Shown here: positions 54,431 through 63,137 of the stretch, piece by piece | How the letters are laid out: each line of letters starts with the position of its first letter | How positions within the stretch are numbered: position 1 is the stretch's first letter | Source: Candidatus Tumulicola sp. | GTDB taxonomy: Bacteria; Vulcanimicrobiota; Vulcanimicrobiia; Vulcanimicrobiales; Vulcanimicrobiaceae | Direction: 5' to 3' | NCBI GenBank assembly: GCA_036502885.1 | Contig: DASXXU010000116.1 | Coordinates: 740-64,739, forward strand | DNA: 64,000 nt | Made by a program: the position numbers and the translations under genes | The notes under the pieces: generated by a model | Databases searched by the model: none | What the model saw: the letters and a program-made list of their open reading frames with translations, nothing else | Told to the model about the DNA's origin: nothing

Positions 54431-55648
54431 ATGCCGGAATCGCCGTATGAAGTGCTCGCGCTTTTTGCCGGCGCGATGGTTGCTGCGTCGATCTTCGTCG
54501 TCGGCACCGGCACGGTTACGCCCTTCCTTAAAACCGCGTTTAACCTGGGTCAAACGCAACTCGGAATGGTGCTTTCGGTCGAGCTAATGGGTTCGCTCGT
54601 CGCGACGGCGGTTGCCGGCGGACTAACCGACCGCTTCGGCGATAAGCGCGTGGTCCTGTGGAGCGGATGGCTCATGGGCATAGCGTTGATTTGCGCGAGC
54701 CTGGTGCGCGATTTTCATTGGATCCTCGGATGGTTGCTGTTGTACGGGGTCGGTTACGCGGCCGTTACGCCGGCGGGCAGCCACGCGATCGTGTTCTTCT
54801 TCAAAAAGGAAGCGCGCGGCTTCGCGATGGGCGTTCGTCAGTGCGGCGTCCCGCTGGCGGGCGTGATCGCGTCGTTGCTGCTTCCGGCGATTGCGATTCA
54901 CTACGGATACCAATGGTCGATCGCCGTTGCCGGAATCGTGACGATCGCCGCGTGCACCGCCGCTTCGATGTTGTATCGCGAGCCGGAGGAACTGCACGGC
55001 GAGCGAATTTCATTTCGCGCGATGCTCGTCGATATGTTGCGCGTTGCCGGCGACGCACGCTTAATCTTGCTTACGCTTACATCGATGACGCTGGTGAGCG
55101 CGCAGATGGCGATGTTCGGGTTCCTCGCGCTGACGTTCGCTCATCAAGCCGGTTTTTCTATCGGTATAGCCGTGCTCGTCTTTACCATTTCGCAAGTTGC
55201 TGCGATGGCCGGCCGCATCAGCTGGGGATGGGCCTCCGATAAAATTTTTCACGGCAGCCGTTCGCTCCCGCTGGTGGTCGTATGCGCGATGGCGGCGGTT
55301 TGCGTTTTCGGCGTTTCGCTCGTTTCCCCGCACACCACGTTGTGGGAAGCCGGCGCACTGGCGGCAGTTCTCGGTTTTAGCGCCGAAGGCTGGTTCGGCG
55401 TCGCGGTGATCGGGATCGCGGAGATCGGCGGCGAAGAGCATTCCGGCAGCGCGCTCGGAGTATCGCTAACCTTTATTTTCTTCGCGGCGTTCGCAGCTCC
55501 AACGGTCTTCGGCGCGATCGCTCAAGCGTTCGGGTACGACTTTGCTTGGCGATCGCTTGCGATTCTGGTGGCCACCGGCATCGTGCCGGCCTTGCTCAGC
55601 AGCGCGGTCGTACGACGACTGGCCGTCCGACCGCGCGAGGCGGCTTAA
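54431..55648 (+). CDS. MFS transporter
   Basis: ORF 54218.. is trimmed to 'MPESPYEVLALFAG'. MFS motif A 'GGLTDRFGDKR'. About 12 TM. Confidence 0.85.
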   Translation: MPESPYEVLALFAGAMVAASIFVVGTGTVTPFLKTAFNLGQTQLGMVLSVELMGSLVATAVAGGLTDRFGDKRVVLWSGWLMGIALICASLVRDFHWILGWLLLYGVGYAAVTPAGSHAIVFFFKKEARGFAMGVRQCGVPLAGVIASLLLPAIAIHYGYQWSIAVAGIVTIAACTAASMLYREPEELHGERISFRAMLVDMLRVAGDARLILLTLTSMTLVSAQMAMFGFLALTFAHQAGFSIGIAVLVFTISQVAAMAGRISWGWASDKIFHGSRSLPLVVVCAMAAVCVFGVSLVSPHTTLWEAGALAAVLGFSAEGWFGVAVIGIAEIGGEEHSGSALGVSLTFIFFAAFAAPTVFGAIAQAFGYDFAWRSLAILVATGIVPALLSSAVVRRLAVRPREAA

Positions 55649-55686
55649 ACACGCGATAACGTTTCCTTAAGCGATTGCGGATGTAG

Positions 55687-57273
55687 GTGCGCCATACTCG
55701 ACGGATGCGCTCTCGTCCGCTGTGTTTATTTCTATTCGTGTGCTTGGCCGCGTGCACGAACAACGCCCCATCCGCGCAGCCCGCTGCGGCATCGCCGCCT
55801 GCGGAAGTGCCGGCCCCGCGAATGCAAACGGTGCCCGAGATACGTGCACGCCATGGCGTCGTTTCGTTTGCGATGGACGCCGTCATCGATCCGAATACGA
55901 AGGCGCCCGCGTTTGAGTACGACGGGAAGGTCGGTATCACGCCGACGATTCGCGTTCGTCCGGGCGAGTCGATTCACGTGGTCGTCCACAATCGTATGCC
56001 GGCCGGGCAGACGTCGCCGAACCTTATCAACTTGCACTTCCACGGCTTGACGGTATCGCCCAATCCTCCGTCGGACGATGCGATGCGCGTCGCCGGTCCG
56101 GGTCAGTCGATCGCCTACGACGTGCACGTGTCGCTAACGCAACCGCCCGGACTCTACTGGTACCATCCCCACGTTCACGGCGCGACCTACTGGCAGATTA
56201 CGAGCGGTATGTCAGGAGCGCTCATCGTGGAGGGGCTGCAAACCCATCTGCCGGCCCTGGCCCACATGCGCGAGCGCATCATCGTGCTTCGCAACCTGCA
56301 GACCGACCCGGATATCGACGGGATTCCGATCGTTGCCCGGCCGGCGGCGCTGCGCGATTACGTGATTGCGGGCCGGCGGCGCGCGGGCCGTCTAACGGCG
56401 ATCGACGACGACGATGCCGCCGGATTGCCGTGCGCGCCGCTGGACGGCATGCAAACGACCGTCGACGGCGCGGATAAAGCCTCGTTCGGCATCGACCCCG
56501 GCGAGCGTCAACTCTTTCGGGTCGTGAACGCATCCGCAGGCCGCTACTACGATCTCCACGTCGACGGCGAGGAACTTCAGCTGGTAGCGATCGATGGAAC
56601 GCCGCTCGATGCCGCGCCGGGGATGCCGGCGGTTCGGCGCGTTTCCCACTACCTTTTGGCACCGGCAGCCCGCGTTGAGTTCGTTGCAACCGGCTTACGC
56701 AAGCCGACGGCGCTGGCTTCGAACTGCTTTACCTCCGGCGACGCGGGCGACCGCGATCCCGCTGTAACGCTTGCGACGCTTCGGCCCGACGGAGGCGCTC
56801 CAAAGGGTTCACGGGTCGACGCGGATGCGGAAAGGGCGCGACCCTTGGAGTTGGCGTCCGCGATATTACCTGCGCCGGTGGCCGACCGGCACGTCGACTT
56901 CACCGAAGATGCCGACGGCTTCTACATTAACCATCACCGGTACAAAATGGGCGAGCCCCCGTCGATGACCGCGCATTCCGGGACCGTCGAACGTTGGACG
57001 ATTCGAAACTTCACGGCCGAAGTTCACGACTTTCACATCCACCAGGTTCATTTTTTGGTTCGGTCGATCGACGGCCGTCCCGTGGCGCATCCATACTGGG
57101 CGGATACCGTCACCGTACCGGTGGCTGACTTTCCACATCGCGGCGTGATACCCGGAACCGCCGTGGTGTTGATGGATTTTCGCAGTCCCGCGATCCGCGG
57201 GACGTTCTTATACCATTGCCATATCCTCGACCACGAGGACGGCGGAATGATGGCTTCCATCCGAGTTCTTTAA
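55687..57273 (+). CDS. Multicopper oxidase (laccase-like) lipoprotein
   Basis: Lipobox 'CLAA|C'. Cu-binding 'HFHGL', 'WYHPHVHG', 'HDFHIHQ' and 'HCHILDHEDGGMM'. Confidence 0.9.
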   Translation: MRHTRRMRSRPLCLFLFVCLAACTNNAPSAQPAAASPPAEVPAPRMQTVPEIRARHGVVSFAMDAVIDPNTKAPAFEYDGKVGITPTIRVRPGESIHVVVHNRMPAGQTSPNLINLHFHGLTVSPNPPSDDAMRVAGPGQSIAYDVHVSLTQPPGLYWYHPHVHGATYWQITSGMSGALIVEGLQTHLPALAHMRERIIVLRNLQTDPDIDGIPIVARPAALRDYVIAGRRRAGRLTAIDDDDAAGLPCAPLDGMQTTVDGADKASFGIDPGERQLFRVVNASAGRYYDLHVDGEELQLVAIDGTPLDAAPGMPAVRRVSHYLLAPAARVEFVATGLRKPTALASNCFTSGDAGDRDPAVTLATLRPDGGAPKGSRVDADAERARPLELASAILPAPVADRHVDFTEDADGFYINHHRYKMGEPPSMTAHSGTVERWTIRNFTAEVHDFHIHQVHFLVRSIDGRPVAHPYWADTVTVPVADFPHRGVIPGTAVVLMDFRSPAIRGTFLYHCHILDHEDGGMMASIRVL

Positions 57274-57328
57274 CTACGGATAAGGAACCGGTAATGCGCG
57301 GTTATGCTCGCTCGGTTTCAATTGCGTT

Positions 57329-58771
57329 ATGACCGCTACTTCTTTGACATTGCGCGCGCTTCGTGCCGCAGCGCCACTCCTCGTGGCCTCGCTCGGGCTG
57401 TCCGCCTGTAACTCGTCGTCGGTTCCGGCTTCGAACGCCGGCCCGGCCATGGGAACGCAGGTGCGGGCGGCCGCGCTCGGCTTCGCCCACCACGACGTCG
57501 ACTTCAGCAAGATCCAACACATCGTCGTGATCTATCAGGAAAACTGGCCGCTTACCGGATTGTACGGTTCGTATGCGGGCATGAACACGATTCTGCCTGG
57601 AACGACGGTCGTACAGAACGACTGGCGCGGACGGCCGTTGACCAGCGTTCCGCAGCCGCTGGATTACAACGGAAATCCGGACAAGCGCTTCCCATCGTCG
57701 CTTCCCGTGCAGACATATCTCGCGTCGCAGTACGTACCGGCCAGCGAAAAGACTGGCGACATCGTGCACAAGTACTACCACGAAATGTATCAAATCGATG
57801 GTGGTAAGATGGACAAGTTCGTCACGTATAGCGACAACGGCGGATTGGTGCTGAGCCAGTACGACAACACGACGCTGCCCGAAGGGGCCCTCGCGAAACA
57901 GTACACGATCGCGTCGGACTACTTCCACAGCGCCTTCGGCGGTTCGTTTCTCAACCACCAATACTTGATCTGCGCCTGTGCGCCGACGTGGCCCAACGCA
58001 CCGAGCGATTACATCTCGGTACCGAATAAGAACCCGGCTAAGCTGAATGACAATCACGTGACGCCCGACGGTTACGTCGTCAATACGTCGTACTCGTCGT
58101 ATTCGCCGCACCCGGCCGGCATCACGTCGGAAGACCTCGTTCCCCCGCAAACGGCCACGACGATCGGCGATCGTCTCAACGACGCAAACGTCAGCTGGAA
58201 GTGGTACTCGGGCGGCTGGGATGCGGCGATCGCCGGCCATCCGTCGCCGCTGTTTCAGTTCCACCATCAACCCTTCGCGTACTATCAAAACTATGGCGAC
58301 GGCACGAAGCTCCGCGCCGAACATCTGCAAGATGAAAAGAACTTCAAGCGCGACATCGCCAACGGGAAGCTGCCGTCGGTCGCGTTCATCAAGCAGATCG
58401 GTCAAGACAACGAACATCCGGGGTACTCGTCGCTGCTGCACGGACAACTCGCGGCGTTGGGCTTGATCGACGAGATTCGTCAAAGCCAATACTGGCAGAA
58501 CACCGTCGTCATCCTGACCTACGACGAAAACGGTGGCCGCTGGGATAACGTCGGACCGCCCCAAATCGATCGCTGGGGCCCGGGCAGCCGCGTTCCGGCG
58601 GTCATCATCTCGCCGTACTCGAAGCAAAACTATGTCGACGCGACGCCGTACGAAACGGCCTCGATTCTGGCGCTCATCGAACAGCGCTTCGGCCTGAAGC
58701 CGCTGGCCAAGCGCGACAAGCTGGCGAACCCGTTCGAGAACGCGTTCGACTTCTCGCAACAACATCGTTAA
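57329..58771 (+). CDS. Phosphoesterase family protein (phospholipase C / AcpA acid phosphatase type), lipoprotein
   Basis: Lipobox 'GLSA|C'. 'IVVIYQENW', 'DNEHPGYSS', 'LTYDENGGRWDNV' and 'GPGSRVPAVIISP'. Confidence 0.85.
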   Translation: MTATSLTLRALRAAAPLLVASLGLSACNSSSVPASNAGPAMGTQVRAAALGFAHHDVDFSKIQHIVVIYQENWPLTGLYGSYAGMNTILPGTTVVQNDWRGRPLTSVPQPLDYNGNPDKRFPSSLPVQTYLASQYVPASEKTGDIVHKYYHEMYQIDGGKMDKFVTYSDNGGLVLSQYDNTTLPEGALAKQYTIASDYFHSAFGGSFLNHQYLICACAPTWPNAPSDYISVPNKNPAKLNDNHVTPDGYVVNTSYSSYSPHPAGITSEDLVPPQTATTIGDRLNDANVSWKWYSGGWDAAIAGHPSPLFQFHHQPFAYYQNYGDGTKLRAEHLQDEKNFKRDIANGKLPSVAFIKQIGQDNEHPGYSSLLHGQLAALGLIDEIRQSQYWQNTVVILTYDENGGRWDNVGPPQIDRWGPGSRVPAVIISPYSKQNYVDATPYETASILALIEQRFGLKPLAKRDKLANPFENAFDFSQQHR

Positions 58772-58793
58772 GCGCTCGCGAACTAAACTCAAA

Positions 58794-58829
58794 ACCGGGA
58801 GCGGCACGCCGCTTCCGGTTTTTCTTTTT
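58794..58829. terminator. Intrinsic (bidirectional) terminator between the phosphoesterase gene and crcB
   Basis: ACCGGGAGCGG-cacg-CCGCTTCCGGT followed by TTTTCTTTTT. AAAA precedes the stem. Confidence 0.65.
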
Positions 58830-59217
58830 ACGCGGCGTGCATCAGCGCCCGGCCCGCGGCGAAGCCGGCGAAGGCGGCAAACACGCCGAGCAGGACGCTT
58901 CCAAGGCAGTAGCCTAACGCCAGCGCCGGATTCTCTGATAGTAGCGTCAACGTGTCGAAGCTAAACGTCGAAAAGGTCGTGAACCCGCCGAGGACCCCGA
59001 CGGTCAAAAATACGCCGACGTACGGGGCTATGCCGGCTCCGGATTGCAAATACGCAGCCGCAAGGCCGATGCAGAACGACCCAACGATGTTAATCAGCGC
59101 CGTGTGCCAAGGAAACCCCGGGCCGAGCTTCTCGACCATAACGAATGCGACGGCGTAACGCAGCATCGACCCGATCGCACCGCCAAGCGCGACGGCTGCA
59201 AACGCCCCGATCTTCAC
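58828..59217 (-). CDS. crcB: Fluoride ion channel CrcB/FluC
   Basis: Length 129 aa, 4 TM. 'GAIGSMLRY' and 'LGGFTTFSTFS'. Confidence 0.93.
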   Translation of the reverse strand: MKIGAFAAVALGGAIGSMLRYAVAFVMVEKLGPGFPWHTALINIVGSFCIGLAAAYLQSGAGIAPYVGVFLTVGVLGGFTTFSTFSFDTLTLLSENPALALGYCLGSVLLGVFAAFAGFAAGRALMHAA

Positions 59218-59555
59218 TTCGGGTCGCCGGCTTTGTACGCGATCACGCGCACCGTTTCGATCGTCACCAGTCCTTCGGAAACCATCGAATCCAGCGTCGG
59301 TAAGAACGCTTCGATCTTTTCCTCGGTATCGACGAGCTCGATGACGACCGGCAGATCCGAGGACAGGTCGACGATGCGGGCCGCGTGCACGACAGAATGT
59401 GCCCCGTAGCCGATGATGCCCTTGAAAACCGTTGCACCGGCCAGTCCGGCAGCTCGCATCGCCTCGACGATCGCGATGTAGAGCGGCTGTGCCTTCCAGC
59501 GATCGGATTCACCTAAGAAAATCCGAACCAGCTTCGCGGTGCTCTCGCGCTTCAT
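59214..59555 (-). CDS. DUF190 (UPF0166) protein
   Basis: Trimmed to 'MKRESTAKLVRIFLGESDRWKAQPLY...'. 'LAGATVFKGIIGYG' and 'LPVVIELVDTEEKIEAFLP'. 4-nt overlaps with both neighbours. Confidence 0.85.
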   Translation of the reverse strand: MKRESTAKLVRIFLGESDRWKAQPLYIAIVEAMRAAGLAGATVFKGIIGYGAHSVVHAARIVDLSSDLPVVIELVDTEEKIEAFLPTLDSMVSEGLVTIETVRVIAYKAGDPK

Positions 59556-60841
59556 AGCGCGGCATCCGGAACGGTCGCGTCTTTGTAAACGATGCCGTCC
59601 TTCATAATGACGACGATGTTGCGCGCGTAGTCTTCGAGCAAGCGCAGATCGTCGATCGGGTCGCCGTCGACCAAGAGTAGGTCCGCAAGCGCGCCCTCTT
59701 CGACTACGCCGAGCGCGCCTGGGTACGGATTGCGCGGTCCGCACATTGCAAGAAGTTCGGCGTTATCGCGGGTCGCCATCGCTAACACTTGCGCAGGAGT
59801 ATACCAGCGCAAAAGTTTCGTCAATTGGGCGCCCTGGCGCTCCGCCAGTTTTGCCTCAAACAACGTGTCGGTCCCGAATGCCGTTCGAATGCCATACCGC
59901 TTTGCGAGCTCGTACGCCGTGGAAGTGCCTTGCGTCATCTCGTCGTGTTTGATTCGTTCGTGCGCTCCGAGCGTGGGTGCGGCATCTCCATCTGGGAGAA
60001 ACGGCTGCAAGCTGAGCCATATTTCTCGCCGCGCCAACAGTTCGGCGGTGGGCTCGTCGACTAACTGTCCGTGTTCGATGCAGCGAACGCCCGCATCGAC
60101 TGCCTGTCGAATCGCACGCGGCGTATAGGCGTGCACCATTACGTACGTATTCCAATTGTCCGCGGCGTCGACCGCTGCGCGCATTTCCTCCGACGTAAAC
60201 TGTGTGGAATCCAGCGGGTCGTGCGGTGACGAAACGCCACCGCCGGCCATAAGCTTGATTTGCGTGGCGCCGAGTCGCAACTGTTCGCGCGTCCGCAAGC
60301 GCACTTCGTCGGGACTGTCAGCGATGGCGATATGGCCTTCACGCTCCATGTGCGTCAACGGTGCGCCTGCGGCTCGCGGAACGTCCCACGGCATGCGAAA
60401 ATCACCATGCCCGGATGTCTGCGAGATCAGCGCGCCCGACGGATAGATACGCGGTCCCGGTACGAGACCGCTATCGATCGCGCGTTTGAGCCCAAAGACT
60501 GGACCGCCGGCATCGCGCACGGTTGTAAAACCGCGCATGAGCGTTTGCTCGGCGCTGCGCGCCGCAAGCAAGTTGATGTATCCCGTGTCCGACGTCATAA
60601 GCACCTGCATTGGGACGGTCGCCCACATCGTGTGCCAATGTGCGTCGATCAGACCGGGAAGTAGCGTCCGACGGCCGCCTTCGATGACATCGGCGTCGTC
60701 GTACGAATCGCTGACCAGATTTTGCCCGATGCGGTCGATCCGATTGCCGGCGACCGAGACGTTCGTGGGCGCCGAAAGCTCGTCTCCGCCGGTAAAGATT
60801 CGAACGTTTTCGAAGATGGTAAGGGATTGCCGGCCGTTCAT
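59552..60841 (-). CDS. Metal-dependent amidohydrolase family protein
   Basis: ORF ..61243 is trimmed to 'MNGRQSLTIFENVRIF'. 'LLPGLIDAHWH' (HxH), 'VMVHAY' and 'AFGTDT'. Confidence 0.88.
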   Translation of the reverse strand: MNGRQSLTIFENVRIFTGGDELSAPTNVSVAGNRIDRIGQNLVSDSYDDADVIEGGRRTLLPGLIDAHWHTMWATVPMQVLMTSDTGYINLLAARSAEQTLMRGFTTVRDAGGPVFGLKRAIDSGLVPGPRIYPSGALISQTSGHGDFRMPWDVPRAAGAPLTHMEREGHIAIADSPDEVRLRTREQLRLGATQIKLMAGGGVSSPHDPLDSTQFTSEEMRAAVDAADNWNTYVMVHAYTPRAIRQAVDAGVRCIEHGQLVDEPTAELLARREIWLSLQPFLPDGDAAPTLGAHERIKHDEMTQGTSTAYELAKRYGIRTAFGTDTLFEAKLAERQGAQLTKLLRWYTPAQVLAMATRDNAELLAMCGPRNPYPGALGVVEEGALADLLLVDGDPIDDLRLLEDYARNIVVIMKDGIVYKDATVPDAAL

Positions 60842-60873
60842 GCGACGACGCTTCCGCGCGCGACCGGTCGTAC

Positions 60874-61371
60874 CTACGGCGAGAGTTCGCCCGGCAAAGA
60901 CCCCGCGGTGCGGCGTAGCAGGGCTGCGATTACGAGCGCGACCGGCAACCCGAAAAAGACGGTGTGCGCGGCCGTCGTGTTCAGCAGGGAGGGCGCGGCA
61001 TGCGACGCCTGCTGCGCGTGGCCCAGCGGGACGACCAACTCCAGCATTACCGCCATTACGACCAGGCCAAAGAGCAACCCAGACAGCACCGGCATGCGGC
61101 GTACCGGCGCGAACGTTTGATACACCGCGGCGAAGATCGCCGCCCAGCAGATCGAGACGATGCAATCGAACAAAAAGCCCAGCACCGCCGATCCGACGCC
61201 ACCGGAATATGCCGAAGCGCCGACGATGTTGGACGCGTCCCACTGAAACAATAGCAGCGGCTTCGTGTGAAAGAAGAGCGGCAGCGTCACCGCTAGGTAA
61301 ATGCTGATCGCGACGTTACCAGCTAAACCGGCGATCACCGCCGCTCGCGCGTATGCCGATACCGATACCAT
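60874..61371 (-). CDS. Membrane protein (4-5 TM), unknown function
   Basis: Hydrophobic helices throughout (for example 'AVIAGLAGNVAISIYLAVTL', 'MPVLSGLLFGLVVMAVMLELVV'). Same strand as, and 32 nt upstream of, the amidohydrolase gene. Confidence 0.55.
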   Translation of the reverse strand: MVSVSAYARAAVIAGLAGNVAISIYLAVTLPLFFHTKPLLLFQWDASNIVGASAYSGGVGSAVLGFLFDCIVSICWAAIFAAVYQTFAPVRRMPVLSGLLFGLVVMAVMLELVVPLGHAQQASHAAPSLLNTTAAHTVFFGLPVALVIAALLRRTAGSLPGELSP

Positions 61372-61451
61372 AGGGGCATAGCGAGTGGCGGGCGACCGCA
61401 GTGACCGCCTCTCCAGGATGGCTTGCGGTGCTACCGTAACCCTCGCTTCTC

Positions 61452-62111
61452 ATGTGGGAACGCGCGAAGCAGCCGATCGACGACTTCGTAAACTCCAAAG
61501 GGATCGCGCACGAAATCGTGGTCGTCGTGGTTTCGTATCTCTTCGTGTTTGCGGGTGCGTGGAATGACGGCTACGTCGGACTGATCCCATCGCCGGCATC
61601 CGGCATCATCGAATTTTGTATGGCCGCGATCTTGGTAATGGAAATCACCAGCCGGTTACTGTTCGCGCGCGAACGGCGGCTCAGTTTTTACGCGCTGATC
61701 GTTCTCGATGTCGTGTCGTTGCTCACGGTGGTCCCCGTGCTCACCGGATTCGCGTTCGCACGACTGTTCCGGCTCGGATACGCGTCGTGGCGAACGGTGC
61801 TGCTGCTCGAACGCTTGGCCCGATCCCGCAACAACGCGATGTATCTAGCGTGGATATACATCTTGATCGTCCCGATGGCCGCGGCGATGTTGTTTGCGGT
61901 CGAATCGCACGCCGGCCACTCGCCGGTTCGAAACTACTTCGACGCGCTGGCGATGACGGTTGGTTACGCGTTGACGCTCGGTAGCAGCCGGCCTACGACG
62001 TACGCCGGCAACATCATTTGCGGCGTACTATTTGTCGGCGGCGTGCTGTGCATCGGCATCATCGGAAACACCCTCGCCAACCGCTATCATGGTGACGACT
62101 CGAAGCGGTAA
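61452..62111 (+). CDS. 6TM ion-transport (voltage-gated-channel-like) protein with a non-canonical selectivity filter
   Basis: S2-like 'EFCMAAILVMEITSR', S3 'LIVLDVVSLL', S4-like 'FARLFRLGYASWRTVLLLERLAR'. Pore 'FDALAMTVGYALTLGSS' stands where K+ channels have TVGYGD. Confidence 0.75.
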   Translation: MWERAKQPIDDFVNSKGIAHEIVVVVVSYLFVFAGAWNDGYVGLIPSPASGIIEFCMAAILVMEITSRLLFARERRLSFYALIVLDVVSLLTVVPVLTGFAFARLFRLGYASWRTVLLLERLARSRNNAMYLAWIYILIVPMAAAMLFAVESHAGHSPVRNYFDALAMTVGYALTLGSSRPTTYAGNIICGVLFVGGVLCIGIIGNTLANRYHGDDSKR

Positions 62112-62581
62112 ACCATGTCGCGTTGTGGCACGCCCTCGATTTCGCAATGCGAGCTCGGGCCTACGTCGACGAATCCATTTCGCCGGTAGAGTTCGATCGC
62201 CGGACCGTTATTCGAGACGACGTCCAGCCGGACAACCGGCGCGCCACGTCCGCGCGCCCACTCCAAAACCGATCGAACGAGCCGGTCGCCGATGCCCTGG
62301 CCGCGTGCGAACGGCGCGACCCACATCGAAATCAGCGTAACGGAGCCATCTCCCTCGGGCGCGCCGCTGACGAGCCCGGCGGCAGCCCCATCCAGCGTTG
62401 CGACGATATTGTACGCCACGCTTCGGAGTCGTGCGCGCCAACGCTCCTCAGCCGCGCCTTCCCAGGACCCCAGCGTCGAACCGTACGCGTACGGCGCTTC
62501 GGTAAGCGCGGCGATTCGGACGTCGCGCCAAAATTGCCAATCGTCTTCGGTGCAGACGAGCAGTTCGATGTTTCGAAACAC
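62087..62581 (-). CDS. GNAT family N-acetyltransferase
   Basis: Acetyl-CoA block 'VAPFARGQGIGDRLV'. The start is re-picked to the GTG at 'VFRNIELLVCTEDD' so that a 100-nt divergent intergenic region remains. The longest ORF reaches 62683. Confidence 0.8.
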   Translation of the reverse strand: MFRNIELLVCTEDDWQFWRDVRIAALTEAPYAYGSTLGSWEGAAEERWRARLRSVAYNIVATLDGAAAGLVSGAPEGDGSVTLISMWVAPFARGQGIGDRLVRSVLEWARGRGAPVVRLDVVSNNGPAIELYRRNGFVDVGPSSHCEIEGVPQRDMVYRFESSP

Positions 62582-62681
62582 TGGTTCGAGATTTCGGCGG
62601 CAGCTATTATTTCTTCCGCTTCGCGGCTCGCTAGTATCGCCGGGCAGAGGTGGAGCGTCGCCAGGAGACAAACGGCCGAAC

Positions 62682-63137
62682 ATGGAGCGGTTCTTTATCT
62701 CGACGCTGTGCGGCGTCGTTCTCGCGACATGTTTATCTCCCGCACGCGTCGTCGCAGACGCGCCACCTCAAGCCCAAGCGGTTCTAGCGCAAGAAGCGCG
62801 ATGGCTCAAAGCCATCGTCGCCGGCGATCGCGCGACGGTGGCGACGATCCTCAGCGAACAACCGGAGTTTACGCACATCACTTCCGACGGCGACCTCGTT
62901 TACCGCGCGGCGGAATTGGCGGCCGTTCGAAAAGAACCGTTCACGATGACGCCCACCGAGCAAACCGTCGACTTTTTTGCCGACGGTGCCGCCATCGTTC
63001 GCGGCGTTAACGCGATTGCGCAACCCAATCACCCGGTGGAGCGAGTGCGCTTCACCGACGTCTTCGTGCGTGAAAACGGTCATTGGAAGGCCGTTTCCGC
63101 GCAAGAAACCTCAACCGGAGCGGTACAACAATCATGA
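62682..63137 (+). CDS. Secreted SnoaL/DUF4440-like (NTF2-fold) protein
   Basis: ORF 62292.. is trimmed to 'MERFFISTLCGVVLATCLSPA', a signal peptide. '...FTDVFVRENGHWKAVSAQET' is a typical DUF4440 C-terminus. Confidence 0.6.
   Translation: MERFFISTLCGVVLATCLSPARVVADAPPQAQAVLAQEARWLKAIVAGDRATVATILSEQPEFTHITSDGDLVYRAAELAAVRKEPFTMTPTEQTVDFFADGAAIVRGVNAIAQPNHPVERVRFTDVFVRENGHWKAVSAQETSTGAVQQS

Noticed and set aside
57302-58807. A 501-aa minus-strand ORF that exactly mirrors the phosphoesterase gene.
   Set aside because: It is an Arg/Val/Asp-rich, low-complexity translation with no motifs. The + strand frame has clear phosphoesterase blocks. Long antisense shadow ORFs are expected at this GC content.
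59552-61243. N-terminal extensions of the longest ORFs (amidohydrolase to 61243; also 320..1579, 9440.., 27927..29087, 33828..34805, 59214..59744, 62292.., 54218..).
   Set aside because: The extensions are Arg/Gly/Pro-rich, overlap well-supported neighbouring genes, and internal starts give 4-nt start/stop coupling or family-typical N-termini. The genes were trimmed accordingly.
58828-61451. A fluoride (crcB-motif) riboswitch upstream of the crcB operon.
   Set aside because: I could not find the conserved core (the GGxGAUGG...CUGAUGA-type elements as I remember them) in the leader or the internal gaps. The only 'catcag' lies inside the crcB coding sequence. This needs a covariance-model scan to be certain.
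52188-62111. A functional link between the Kv-beta-like aldo/keto reductase (52188-53162) and the 6TM channel (61452-62111).
   Set aside because: They are about 8 kb apart and on opposite strands, with many unrelated genes between them. The shared family name alone is not evidence.
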